Source: an uncultured Dehalococcoidales bacterium
GTDB lineage: Bacteria > Chloroflexota > Dehalococcoidia > Dehalococcoidales > UBA5627
Length of the DNA stretch: 36,736 nt
Assembly: GCA_964528955.1 (NCBI GenBank)
Contig: CAZGVH010000001.1
Span: 3,606 to 40,341 of the forward strand
Direction: 5' to 3'
Below are positions 1-8,323 of the stretch, piece after piece. The stretch's first letter is position 1; each line of letters begins with the position of its first letter. The position numbers and the translations under genes are program-made. Below the pieces are notes generated by a model. The model had not been told where the DNA came from. It did not search any database and worked only from the letters and a program-made list of their open reading frames with translations.

Positions 1-9
1 TTATATAAT

Positions 10-1398
10 CTAGAACTTGGGAACTTGCGGCAGATGAGCTAAGGCTTCCTTGACCATTTCAGCCGGGTAGTCGTAATCCTCCAGCTTATTGGCAAGGTAA
101 GCATCGTAGGCGGCAAGGTCGAAGTGCCCATGTCCGCTATGCGCCAGCAGGATGGTTTTGGCTTCGCCTGTCTCTTTGCACTTCAAGGCTTCGTCTATAG
201 TAACCCTGATGGCGTGGTTGGTTTCCGGCGCGCTGATAATACCCTCGGTGCGGGCGAACTGGACGCCGGCAGCAAAGGTTGCCAGCTGCGGAACCGCTTT
301 GGCTTCGACAAATCCCAGCTTGTGCAGATGACAGATAATCGGCGCCATGCCGTGATAGCGCAATCCGCCGGCATGAATCGATGAAGGAATAAAGGTATGC
401 CCCAGCGTGTACATCATCACGATGGGAGCCAGTCCCGCCACATCGCCGTAATCCCAGGCATAGACACCCTTGGTGATGGTAGGGCAGCTGGTCGGTTCGA
501 CATTGATGATGCGCAGGTCTTTTTTCTTGCCCTGAATCTTGTCTACCACGAATGGCAGGTACATTCCGGCAAAATTGGAGCCGCCGCCGACACAGCCGAC
601 AATGATGTCGGGATAGGCATCCGCCTGCTCCGTGATCACCTTCTTCGTCTCCAGTCCGATAACCGTCTGGTGCAGCAGCACGTGGTTGACGACGCTGCCG
701 ATGGAGTACTTGGTATCGTCATGGGCGAAGGCGTCTTCGCAGGCTTCGCTGATAGCGATACCGAGGCTGCCGGGGTGATCCGGCAATTCAGCCAGCAGCT
801 TTCTGCCGATTGCGGTATCGGGGCTGGGGCTGGGAACGCATTTGGCTCCCCAGGTCTCCATCAGGATGCGGCGGTAGGGTTTCTGGTTATAGCTGACGCG
901 CACCATATAGACCTTTACTTCGAGTCCGAACAAAGCCCCCGCCATCGACAGTGCGCTGCCCCATTGACCGGCGCCGGTTTCCGTTGCCAGCCGTTTGAAT
1001 CCCTCTTTTTTGGCATAATAGGCCTGTGCTACCGCGGTATTCGGTTTATGGCTGCCGGCAGGGCTGGTACCCTCGTATTTGAAGAATATTTTAGCCGGAG
1101 TGTCCAGCGCTTTCTCAAGTCTGCGCGCCCGGTGCAATTCCGTCGGTCTCCACATTTTGTAAATCGCCTGTACCTCATCGGGTATTTCTATCCAGCGTTC
1201 CTTGCTGAACTCCTGCTTGTTGATGGCATCGGGGAAGAGGGGAGGAGGCAGCGGCATATCCAGCGGGCAGGGCTGCTTGGTTACAGGATGCACCAGCGGC
1301 GGCAGCGGTTCCGGCAGGTCGGGTAGGATGTTATACCAGTGGGTCGGCATGTCCTTCTGGTCGAGTATGTACATGGATTTCTCTTCTGAAATCTTCAT
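10..1398 (-). CDS. trpB: TrpB2-type tryptophan synthase beta-like PLP enzyme
   Basis: 462-aa ORF. PLP-lysine motif [11 protein letters not shown] and phosphate loop [11 protein letters not shown]. Long N-terminal extension typical of TrpB2 rather than TrpB1. AAGGAG lies 8 nt upstream of the ATG. Preceded by a Trp-specifier T-box leader. Confidence 0.9.
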   Translation of the reverse strand: MKISEEKSMYILDQKDMPTHWYNILPDLPEPLPPLVHPVTKQPCPLDMPLPPPLFPDAINKQEFSKERWIEIPDEVQAIYKMWRPTELHRARRLEKALDTPAKIFFKYEGTSPAGSHKPNTAVAQAYYAKKEGFKRLATETGAGQWGSALSMAGALFGLEVKVYMVRVSYNQKPYRRILMETWGAKCVPSPSPDTAIGRKLLAELPDHPGSLGIAISEACEDAFAHDDTKYSIGSVVNHVLLHQTVIGLETKKVITEQADAYPDIIVGCVGGGSNFAGMYLPFVVDKIQGKKKDLRIINVEPTSCPTITKGVYAWDYGDVAGLAPIVMMYTLGHTFIPSSIHAGGLRYHGMAPIICHLHKLGFVEAKAVPQLATFAAGVQFARTEGIISAPETNHAIRVTIDEALKCKETGEAKTILLAHSGHGHFDLAAYDAYLANKLEDYDYPAEMVKEALAHLPQVPKF

Positions 1399-1509
1399 TA
1401 TTTTCTCCTTTATTTATTTTTGTAACTCTGATTTTTATTCATATTCTCGGCCCCGGCGGGGCCATGTGCCCGCTAACTTGTACATCTCCAATCCTCCTTT
1501 TTTGCCAAT

Positions 1510-1542
1510 AAAAAAACCTCCCGCCCTTAAAGGGGCAGGAGG
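1510..1542 (-). terminator. Intrinsic terminator of the T-box leader
   Basis: Minus strand reads CCTCCTGCCCC-TTTAA-GGGCGGGAGG followed by TTTTTTT (10-bp GC-rich stem with one G-U pair, then U7). The 5' arm overlaps the region that can pair with the T-box sequence as an antiterminator. Confidence 0.85.
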
Positions 1543-1812
1543 TTACTTCCGCGGTACCACCCTTCTTAACCGAACCGTTCGATTCGGTCATCTCTGCCAG
1601 GATACGGATTCACTTGTATAACCCGATATCCAAGGATATGCTAACACTTCCTGTGCGGCAAAACCTAGTCGGTTTTAGAGGGGAACCTTTCGGTTCGCAG
1701 CTCCCGGGTCCATTCAATCTGACCGCCGGTACCGGTTCACACCTTCCCCGGCTCTCTGAAACCTGCGTGTGGGATTTATTAGTCCCGTTCATAGCCTTTT
1801 TATATTCGATTG
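1510..1812 (-). promoter_or_regulatory. T-box leader RNA, tRNA-Trp specific (UGG specifier)
   Basis: Minus strand carries the canonical T-box sequence AGGGTGGTACCGCGG (1563..1549) directly 5' of the terminator. Stem-I elements are AGAGAG (1757..1752) and GGTGTGAA (1743..1736). A specifier-loop-like GAA-UGG-A has UGG at 1712..1710. The downstream gene is trpB-like, consistent with a Trp codon. Confidence 0.85.
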
Positions 1813-1819
1813 TAGTTGT

Positions 1820-1848
1820 ATTCTATGGCACGGTAATACGTATGTCAA
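1820..1848 (-). promoter_or_regulatory. Sigma-70-type promoter for the T-box/trpB2 transcript
   Basis: Minus strand reads TTGACA (1848..1843), a 17-nt spacer, then TAGAAT (1825..1820), just upstream of the T-box stem I. Confidence 0.6.
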
Positions 1849-1894
1849 TAGGTAAGGGGGGAAAATATCATATTAAGGGTTAAATTGTTGATGT

Positions 1895-2773
1895 TTATAG
1901 CAGATAGGCGCCATCGATACGCAGCGTCGCCCTGCCGCCGAAGAGTACGTCTTTTCCTCGGGTAGTTAATCTGACCGTATTAAATATGCGGTCATTGCCG
2001 CCCTGCTCGACAGCTACCGGAGAGCCATCCCACAGTCCGTTTTTCAACATGTAATTTCCGAAAGCGCTGTTCCCCGAGCCGGTTGCCGGATCTTCCAGGT
2101 ATCCGAATTTTGGGGCGAATACCCTTGTATGCGCCAGAAAACCGGCTTCCCCGGTCTCTCTTGTGAATATCAGGATGATATCGATACCTTTATCGAGGCA
2201 AAATTCTTTTAATTTCTTCTCATCCGGTAAGAGGGAAATTTCCAGTTTGTAATCATTCAACGGCACGATTAATGTCTTCAATCCGGCGTCTATGAAATCG
2301 ATTGGCAGGTTTTCATAGATAGCACCGGCAGGTATGTTTAAAGCTTTGGCGGTATCCACCAAAGTAACCGGAACATTTAAATATTGTGCCTGCGGCGCGG
2401 TAATATAGACGGCATCTTCATTGGAAATCCGGTTATATACGGTCAGCCGTCCTTTTTTGTTGGTATCGATGACAAGCTCTTTTTTCAAACGCAGTTTTTC
2501 ATCGCTTTTTATCAGTTCATACATAGCAGCGATTGTCCCGTGCCCGCAGAAATCGACTTCGCACTCGGATGAATAATAGGTAAGTTTGCAGTCGGCTGTT
2601 GCGGACTCGGAACAGAAAATCACCTCGGAGACGAATCCCTTATGCTGCTTAGCGATAGAGAGCATTTCGTCTTCTGATAATTTCTCTTTTCCGGTGAACA
2701 GACACGCTGCCGGATTCCCCAGGGACTCGCCGGAGGTAAAAGCGTCGATTTTCTTATATCTTAGTTGTTTCAT
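1895..2773 (-). CDS. PhzF-family isomerase/epimerase-like protein
   Basis: 292-aa ORF. N-terminal IDAFTSGESLGNPAAC and C-terminal EDPATGSGNSAFGNY motifs are typical of the PhzF/DAP-epimerase-fold family. Confidence 0.8.
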   Translation of the reverse strand: MKQLRYKKIDAFTSGESLGNPAACLFTGKEKLSEDEMLSIAKQHKGFVSEVIFCSESATADCKLTYYSSECEVDFCGHGTIAAMYELIKSDEKLRLKKELVIDTNKKGRLTVYNRISNEDAVYITAPQAQYLNVPVTLVDTAKALNIPAGAIYENLPIDFIDAGLKTLIVPLNDYKLEISLLPDEKKLKEFCLDKGIDIILIFTRETGEAGFLAHTRVFAPKFGYLEDPATGSGNSAFGNYMLKNGLWDGSPVAVEQGGNDRIFNTVRLTTRGKDVLFGGRATLRIDGAYLL

Positions 2774-2835
2774 GATGATTTTTTATATGGGCTTAATATA
2801 CCTGTTCGCTGTCTCCCAGGTATTATATTTTGCTC

Positions 2836-2864
2836 ATTTTATTGTCTTGAAGATGGGGTGTCAA
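2836..2864 (-). promoter_or_regulatory. Sigma-70-type promoter upstream of the PhzF-family gene
   Basis: Minus strand reads TTGACA (2864..2859), a 17-nt spacer, then TAAAAT (2841..2836), about 60 nt upstream of the ATG at 2773. Confidence 0.5.
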
Positions 2865-2908
2865 GGGAGGGAAGGAATTTATAGCCAAGAATAAAAAGCT
2901 GTTATTAT

Positions 2909-3109
2909 TTAGCTAGCATGACATTGCTCGCACTTGAGATTGCAGGCGTTGGTGGTTTTCCAAACAGGGTGAATAGGAAACCCGATACAACCCATGCCTA
3001 TTGCTCCCGATACTGTAGGCAGTGTTTTTTTGTATTTTAATAGCCAATGGAACAGTTGCTTCCATCCTATTAAATAAGCATAATAAAATGCTGATGTTGC
3101 TTGTCTCAT
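2909..3109 (-). pseudogene. Truncated N-terminal remnant of a radical SAM protein (possibly SPASM-type)
   Basis: 66-aa ORF ending ...IHPVWKTTNACNLKCEQCHAS-stop. It contains only the CxxxCxxC cluster loop (CNLKCEQC) that normally opens a 300-450-aa enzyme. No continuation exists in any frame downstream. It sits exactly at the GC-content break. Confidence 0.6.
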
Positions 3110-3218
3110 CGATAGAGATGGTGGATTATAAAAGGATTAAACTTTCTTTTATTTATAGTAGTATTAATAATCTTTTTCAGCATTTCTCATTTCTACGACT
3201 TGTAATCCATATTACTCT

Positions 3219-4670
3219 TTACCGACAAATTAGTTTTGATCTTAAAAAATAAAAAGCAATAACAAATGCAAGTAAGATGATAGAACCAGCAATAATTAAC
3301 AGCGTGGCATTTGATGACTTCTCAAAATTTGCAGTAACGGAATAATTTCCATTCATAGTTATTATTACAGATTTGTTAACGCTATTATCAATTATCTCGT
3401 TATTGCTGCTCCAACCTTTAAATTTAAAACCATCATCGGCTTGCGCTTCTAGTATAACAACTGCATCTTCATCATAGATAAATGTTCCTTCACCAGGTGA
3501 TGTTACACCCCCCCCTTTTTCACTTGATATCGTTAGTTCTTTTTGCGGGGTTATACTTGTCTCAGGCAAAGGTATTTCTTCATCAATTACCGTTATTTTC
3601 CAGTAATTTAGTGTACCTTCAAAAGAATAGGGCCCTGTAGAAGATATAATATACGGTTCAAAAGTAATACCAGGAGTTGAATATGTAGTTGTTTCCCCAT
3701 TTATTGTCAGTGTGATTCCATTTTCTCCGACAGTAAATTTATCCCAATCTATTTCATACTGGTGAATTATACCTGAATCCGTTTGAACCTTCTTCAGATT
3801 TAAAGTAAATAAGCCGAAAATATCGGAGGATAAAACTGTTAAACTGTACGCGGTCTCTTTATCGCTGAGTATTTCAATCCTATAGTTATCATAAGCTGGA
3901 GCAATTGTAACTTCTTTGCTATGTGAGTAATAGAATGATCCCGGTATTTCAGCTTGAATTTTACTATTAACAATTCCTGTTACTCTGCCAGCAGAGTCAT
4001 ACACCCGAAAAGAAATAGGCGAATCATCTAAAGCTCTCGAAAAGGTCGTTAAAATCTGGGGTATCGGATTTTCCGGCCTCCATTCAGGGTCAGGAGGATA
4101 AGTCCAACCGATATATTTTCCAATGATTAAATTATTATTACCAAAATTCAATTCATTTAAATTGCTTATGGTTACAATCCCATAGGAATGAATAATCTGG
4201 TTGTTACCCAAATAAATTGCGACGTGTCCATACGGATTATTGGTTGCTTTGTCAAAAAATATAAGCGCTCCTCTGGGTGCGTATGTCCAACCCTCCGGTT
4301 CCGTATCATGAAGGGTCAGGTTGAATTTATCTGGCAGGTCTATGGCATTAACTTCTACCAGTTTGGCATTAGCACCATTCCAACTTGTTGCTTCTGTGTT
4401 CATAAATGCATTGGCGACAAAACTGGCACACATTTCATACCATTCCATACTTCCAAGTCTGTATTCTGACCATGAAATAGCGATGTCGGCCCAGTTAGAG
4501 AAATCATTCGGTTGTTTACTATTATCAATCGTTATTAAGTGCTCTTCAGATATTGATACAGCCTGAATAGCTACGATAGGCAATGAAAATATGGATAATA
4601 ATAATGTTATCGGTATTACCATTCTTAACGGTTTTAGTTTAATTAAAAATTTTTTATTGTAAATCAACAT
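3219..4670 (-). CDS. Surface-anchored NlpC/P60-family hydrolase with a Listeria-Bacteroides-type repeat and a C-terminal TM helix
   Basis: 483 aa. N-terminal signal/TM (VIPITLLLSIFSLPIVAIQA). NlpC/P60 Cys (WYEMCASFVANAF) and His (GHVAIYLGNNQIIHS). C-terminal repeat ...DDGFKFKGWSS... followed by the hydrophobic helix LLIIAGSIILLAFVIAFYF. The start overlaps the upstream rSAM gene by 17 nt; an alternative start is possible at Met17. Confidence 0.7.
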   Translation of the reverse strand: MLIYNKKFLIKLKPLRMVIPITLLLSIFSLPIVAIQAVSISEEHLITIDNSKQPNDFSNWADIAISWSEYRLGSMEWYEMCASFVANAFMNTEATSWNGANAKLVEVNAIDLPDKFNLTLHDTEPEGWTYAPRGALIFFDKATNNPYGHVAIYLGNNQIIHSYGIVTISNLNELNFGNNNLIIGKYIGWTYPPDPEWRPENPIPQILTTFSRALDDSPISFRVYDSAGRVTGIVNSKIQAEIPGSFYYSHSKEVTIAPAYDNYRIEILSDKETAYSLTVLSSDIFGLFTLNLKKVQTDSGIIHQYEIDWDKFTVGENGITLTINGETTTYSTPGITFEPYIISSTGPYSFEGTLNYWKITVIDEEIPLPETSITPQKELTISSEKGGGVTSPGEGTFIYDEDAVVILEAQADDGFKFKGWSSNNEIIDNSVNKSVIITMNGNYSVTANFEKSSNATLLIIAGSIILLAFVIAFYFLRSKLICR

Positions 4671-6786
4671 AACCCTCTTTGAAAAGTGTATTTAAAAAAG
4701 AAATGCAATCTGATTCCACCTTCTGAAAAGAGGCCTGGTATTTTTGAGCCAGCGAATAAGATATTTGGTGAACACTTCTTTTCCCATCGCATAGAGATAA
4801 AATCTCATGAATCAGAGGATTGACACAGGAAGCCACTCCTGAAAAAGCATTATAAAGAATGGCAGTAGGATTGGGATAAATCGGGCTATCGTTAATTGAA
4901 ATTTTCGTATTCATATCAAGTATATTAAAGTTGATATAGTCAACTGCGATATGTCTTTTAATTCTGGGAACCGACCTGGAAGTTACTCTCTTATCGATTG
5001 TAAACATGTCTTCTTTTTTTGACGATAGCATTACCAGTAAAGGGTCGCTTTCCCGGTAATGGGATAAATATAGCAATATTTCCTCATAGTCCAGTTTGAA
5101 TACCTCTTTATTATCATATTCCTGAATTACTTTCTCACGGTAGATATCACTCATTTCGGTTGCCTCGGCACATGTCATGCCGGAAGAGACCGTATAGTCA
5201 TAGGCAAGCGTAAAATCGGGCAACAGCCCCGGATTGATACTGCTTATCCCGTATTTTTGCGGGCACCTCACTACTTGCGCCCCCTTATTCAAAAGAAAAC
5301 TGGCAATATTGAATGAATGGATTATACCTTTATGCCTGATCAGGAAATCGATAGTTTGCTGCGCTTCCTCCGCATTTTCGGTTGGGAAACCCAAAAAGGT
5401 GTAGAGATGATTCCAAATACCAGCATTATAAACATTTTTACAGACTTCAATGGCTGTTTCACGGTCGGTTCCTTTTTCCATCAAGTCAAGTACCCGGTTG
5501 CAAGCTGACTCCAGCCCCAGGTAAAGTAGTCTGAAACCCGCTTTGTACATTTTATGGCAGAGTTCAGAAGTGAACTGGCGTTCTAACCTGACATTGGTCG
5601 AGCACTTGAAATCAGTCCCCCTGTTTATCAATTCGTCGGTCAGTTTAATCATCAATGCCGGACTGATTGCTTCATCGGAAAAAGCAAAGTGTGATCCACC
5701 GTATTTTTGAGACAATTGCTGCATGTCATCAACAACTTTATCTGCAGTACGCGTTTTATAGCTCCACCTGTAGGATTCATTATGTGAACAAAAAGCGCAC
5801 TTGCCCCAGTAACAGCCGCGTGATGCCAGTATCGGAAGCACCGTTTCCGGGCTAAGATACAAATTAAGAGGCAAACCATCGAAATCCGGCGTGGGTAATG
5901 AATCGGCATCAGGAGAAGGAGTGACATCGTTGAATTTCACCTTATTTTTATCAGAGTAGATTAAATTAGGAACATCCTGCAGGTCCTTATCTCCGGAAAG
6001 ATGCTCGGCCAGTTTTAACAAAGGGAATTCCCCTTCATTTATGATGGCGCTGTCAAAGTAATCGGTAAATAACTCCGGATATTTTCCGAACACCTCCGAA
6101 AACAGGGTAATAATATAACCGCCAACTGTAACGTGTGCCTTTTTATATGATGACTTCAATAAACGTGAAAGGGTTAAGGCTGGAATAAACTGGCTGTCTC
6201 CGGCAATCGAAATACCGATTAAATCGGGGGATTGCTCTTCGATAAAAGGTAATAAATGTTTTTCGTATAATTTTAAAAATGGATTTATTTCACTATTTGT
6301 GGTTATCTTCTTTATATTTTCAAAAGAGCGCTGAATTCGAATATTAAGAGGCCAGACTAAATCTTCTCCTCCCGGGAAACAGGCTATAGATGTGATTTCC
6401 TGTGCTTGCTTTAATATGTTTCTGGCATCAGTAACTTTATCTATATCATAGAAATCCCTCTTATTTCTGAATGTTTTTTTTGCTTTATCAACATGTGCTG
6501 CAATATAGGGGACGCTGGATTTCGCCTTGAAGAGGTCGCAGTAACGCTGCTGTTCCATTCCTGGATTAAGCTCGTCTTTTGAATTCAGAATATCGAATTG
6601 TTTCTGTAATTTTAATGCCAACTCTGATAGATAAGTTTTCGACATAAGTAAATCATATGCTTCGATATTAAAGTCTTTTTGAATTACATCAATACCATTA
6701 CTTTTCAGATAAGCAGTCAATGAAGGCAAACTTAAATATGGTCGATAAGGAGTCCAAAATGGAGGGAATATGAGTAACACTTTCAT
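4654..6786 (-). CDS. B12-binding-domain radical SAM enzyme fused to a C-terminal PqqD-like (RRE) domain
   Basis: 710 aa. N-terminal class-B rSAM layout (KVLLIFPPFWTPYRPYLSLPSLTAYLKSNG). Cluster loop SRGCYWGKCAFCSH. The last ~70 aa (NPLIHEILSLCDGKRSVHQISYSLAQKYQASFQKVESDCISFLNTLFKEGYV) match the PqqD peptide-chaperone pattern. Confidence 0.75.
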   Translation of the reverse strand: MKVLLIFPPFWTPYRPYLSLPSLTAYLKSNGIDVIQKDFNIEAYDLLMSKTYLSELALKLQKQFDILNSKDELNPGMEQQRYCDLFKAKSSVPYIAAHVDKAKKTFRNKRDFYDIDKVTDARNILKQAQEITSIACFPGGEDLVWPLNIRIQRSFENIKKITTNSEINPFLKLYEKHLLPFIEEQSPDLIGISIAGDSQFIPALTLSRLLKSSYKKAHVTVGGYIITLFSEVFGKYPELFTDYFDSAIINEGEFPLLKLAEHLSGDKDLQDVPNLIYSDKNKVKFNDVTPSPDADSLPTPDFDGLPLNLYLSPETVLPILASRGCYWGKCAFCSHNESYRWSYKTRTADKVVDDMQQLSQKYGGSHFAFSDEAISPALMIKLTDELINRGTDFKCSTNVRLERQFTSELCHKMYKAGFRLLYLGLESACNRVLDLMEKGTDRETAIEVCKNVYNAGIWNHLYTFLGFPTENAEEAQQTIDFLIRHKGIIHSFNIASFLLNKGAQVVRCPQKYGISSINPGLLPDFTLAYDYTVSSGMTCAEATEMSDIYREKVIQEYDNKEVFKLDYEEILLYLSHYRESDPLLVMLSSKKEDMFTIDKRVTSRSVPRIKRHIAVDYINFNILDMNTKISINDSPIYPNPTAILYNAFSGVASCVNPLIHEILSLCDGKRSVHQISYSLAQKYQASFQKVESDCISFLNTLFKEGYVDLQ

Positions 6787-6836
6787 AGTAAAATAACCTT
6801 AAATATAATATCTAATATTAGCTAAATAAAAAATGT

Positions 6837-7217
6837 TCAAGTATTTTTCTTTATTGCAGAAATAATATACGAAATTCCAGCGGCGATAAGCGGTAAAGTG
6901 ACAAAAAACAGGGTGTAATAAAAGCTATGGAAAAAGCCTCTACCAGGTATATATCTGGTGGTGGTGATAACTATGTTGGATTCCATATAGATTGATATGA
7001 CTCCGACGATTATAAATAATATGCCTGTAATAACAGGTTTCTTAGTACCGAAAAATAGAAATATGAAGGGAAGAGGTATCAGAAGTAACAAGAGAGTGTA
7101 TCTGTGCAATTGGTCAAGTTGGTAATTAACTATAAACACCATGAAGGTAAATGACGCAATAAAACCAATGTAGAGGGCAATCCTGTGGAAAGTGTTTTTT
7201 TTATCTAACTCCGCCAT
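6837..7217 (-). CDS. Small integral membrane protein (about 4 TM), unknown function
   Basis: 126-aa hydrophobic ORF. AGGA lies 8 nt upstream of the ATG. It is tightly packed between the DUF4405 and rSAM genes. Confidence 0.55.
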   Translation of the reverse strand: MAELDKKNTFHRIALYIGFIASFTFMVFIVNYQLDQLHRYTLLLLLIPLPFIFLFFGTKKPVITGILFIIVGVISIYMESNIVITTTRYIPGRGFFHSFYYTLFFVTLPLIAAGISYIISAIKKNT

Positions 7218-7226
7218 TCTAATATC

Positions 7227-7892
7227 CTAATGATTAGTTCCTTCTTCAACCCGTTTTTCTCCTGCAGTCGTTCGAATCACCCAACGCCAGTGCATAGCTA
7301 TGTGAAGTATTACTATAGCTACAATAACAATAGCAACCCAGGCATGAAGATCAGACCACACATCTCTCTGTAATCCCCAAAAAGTACGCCCGATACCTTC
7401 TATCATTTCAAAATAGTTATCGCGACCTCGCGGCATTATAAGCCATATTACAAATCCGGAAAGGCATTCGAACAGGAAGAGAATAAATAATATCGATGCG
7501 GTTATATAACGCTCGGTTATACGTATCCTTTTTTGTTTAATATTATTAATAATACGTTTGGTTATATCGACAAACCAATCCCAGTGTATAAAAATATGTA
7601 TCAGGATGACAATAACCAGTATGATACTGATCCATGAATGATACTCTACCCATAAATATCTTGGCCAATCAAAAATGCTATCGACGTTACCATAAGGCCC
7701 TAGCCCCTGTTGATTACAATATTCTGTGCAATCCGGCTCATGGGGTCTCAACCTGCCCTCATTATTGTGTTGTCCTATACCTCTGGGAAGAATAAACCAT
7801 ATTATAATGCTGGAAACGATAACACCCAAAGACGAAGACAATGCTAAAAATGCCGTAAAATAATAGAAATATTTCTTTACCTTATTGTTCAT
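7227..7892 (-). CDS. DUF4405-like membrane protein (putative di-haem cytochrome-b-like), copy A
   Basis: 221 aa, 4 predicted TM helices. Two helix-embedded His pairs: LIHIFIHWDW and ILHIAMHWRW. Paralogue of 23046..23720. Confidence 0.65.
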   Translation of the reverse strand: MNNKVKKYFYYFTAFLALSSSLGVIVSSIIIWFILPRGIGQHNNEGRLRPHEPDCTEYCNQQGLGPYGNVDSIFDWPRYLWVEYHSWISIILVIVILIHIFIHWDWFVDITKRIINNIKQKRIRITERYITASILFILFLFECLSGFVIWLIMPRGRDNYFEMIEGIGRTFWGLQRDVWSDLHAWVAIVIVAIVILHIAMHWRWVIRTTAGEKRVEEGTNH

Positions 7893-7938
7893 GGTATTTT
7901 AACCTTTGAAATACCTTAAAGATTAATTGACCTAACTT

Positions 7939-8184
7939 CTATAATAATTTTATCAAACCGATAACTATAGATAAAATATTAAGCATTAATCCGCTAAGTG
8001 CAAAAATAAGCTGTTTGCGGCTGATTAAACCCAGAATACTCAGTGTTAATCCAAATAACGCAACAGGTAAATTGAACCAGTGGTACCAATCATATGGAAT
8101 AAATTGGCTGAGAAAAGGAAACAGGAATGAAGACAAAACACCAATACAAGCTACCAGTCCAATAACGAACCCTGAGATACTCAT
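7939..8184 (-). CDS. Small membrane protein (about 3 TM), unknown function
   Basis: 81-aa hydrophobic ORF on the operon strand. No recognisable motif. Confidence 0.45.
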   Translation of the reverse strand: MSISGFVIGLVACIGVLSSFLFPFLSQFIPYDWYHWFNLPVALFGLTLSILGLISRKQLIFALSGLMLNILSIVIGLIKLL

Positions 8185-8262
8185 ATAATTTATCCCGTAT
8201 TAATTACTACTGAAACGCTCTAAGTTCTTAGTTCTTATTATTCTAACTATAAGTGTCGGTTT

Positions 8263-8304
8263 AAAGACTACTTTGCCTGATAATTACCAGGCAAAGTAGT
8301 CTTT
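8263..8304 (-). terminator. Perfect 17-bp hairpin after the copy A anchor gene (terminator-like)
   Basis: AAAGACTACTTTGCCTG (8263..8279), an 8-nt loop, then CAGGCAAAGTAGTCTTT (8288..8304). Only a short T run follows on either strand, so it may attenuate or stabilise rather than terminate. Confidence 0.5.
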
Positions 8305-8323
8305 TACGCTGATTATTTATTTG

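Noticed and set aside
124-1621. Plus-strand ORFs 124..384, 397..1326 and 1202..1621, antisense to trpB2 and its leader
   Set aside because: They lie opposite a confidently recognised PLP enzyme gene and T-box. Their translations are low-complexity Arg/Gly/Ala-rich, typical of antisense frames in GC-rich DNA, and carry no motifs.
5652-5927. 91-aa minus-strand ORF nested in the 710-aa rSAM gene, and similar short same-strand or antisense ORFs inside the long genes (e.g. 10188..10400, 11721..12020, 20192..20431, 23392..23610, 28325..28513, 30391..30600, 30829..31056, 35394..35585)
   Set aside because: All are alternative frames fully contained in long, motif-supported genes. None has its own ribosome-binding site or a recognisable domain.
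7939-8184. The 81-aa ORF considered as the RiPP precursor for the PqqD-domain rSAM
   Set aside because: It is hydrophobic throughout, with about three predicted TM helices, no leader/core organisation, and no Cys- or Gly-rich core. It also lies three genes away from the rSAM. It fits a small membrane subunit better.
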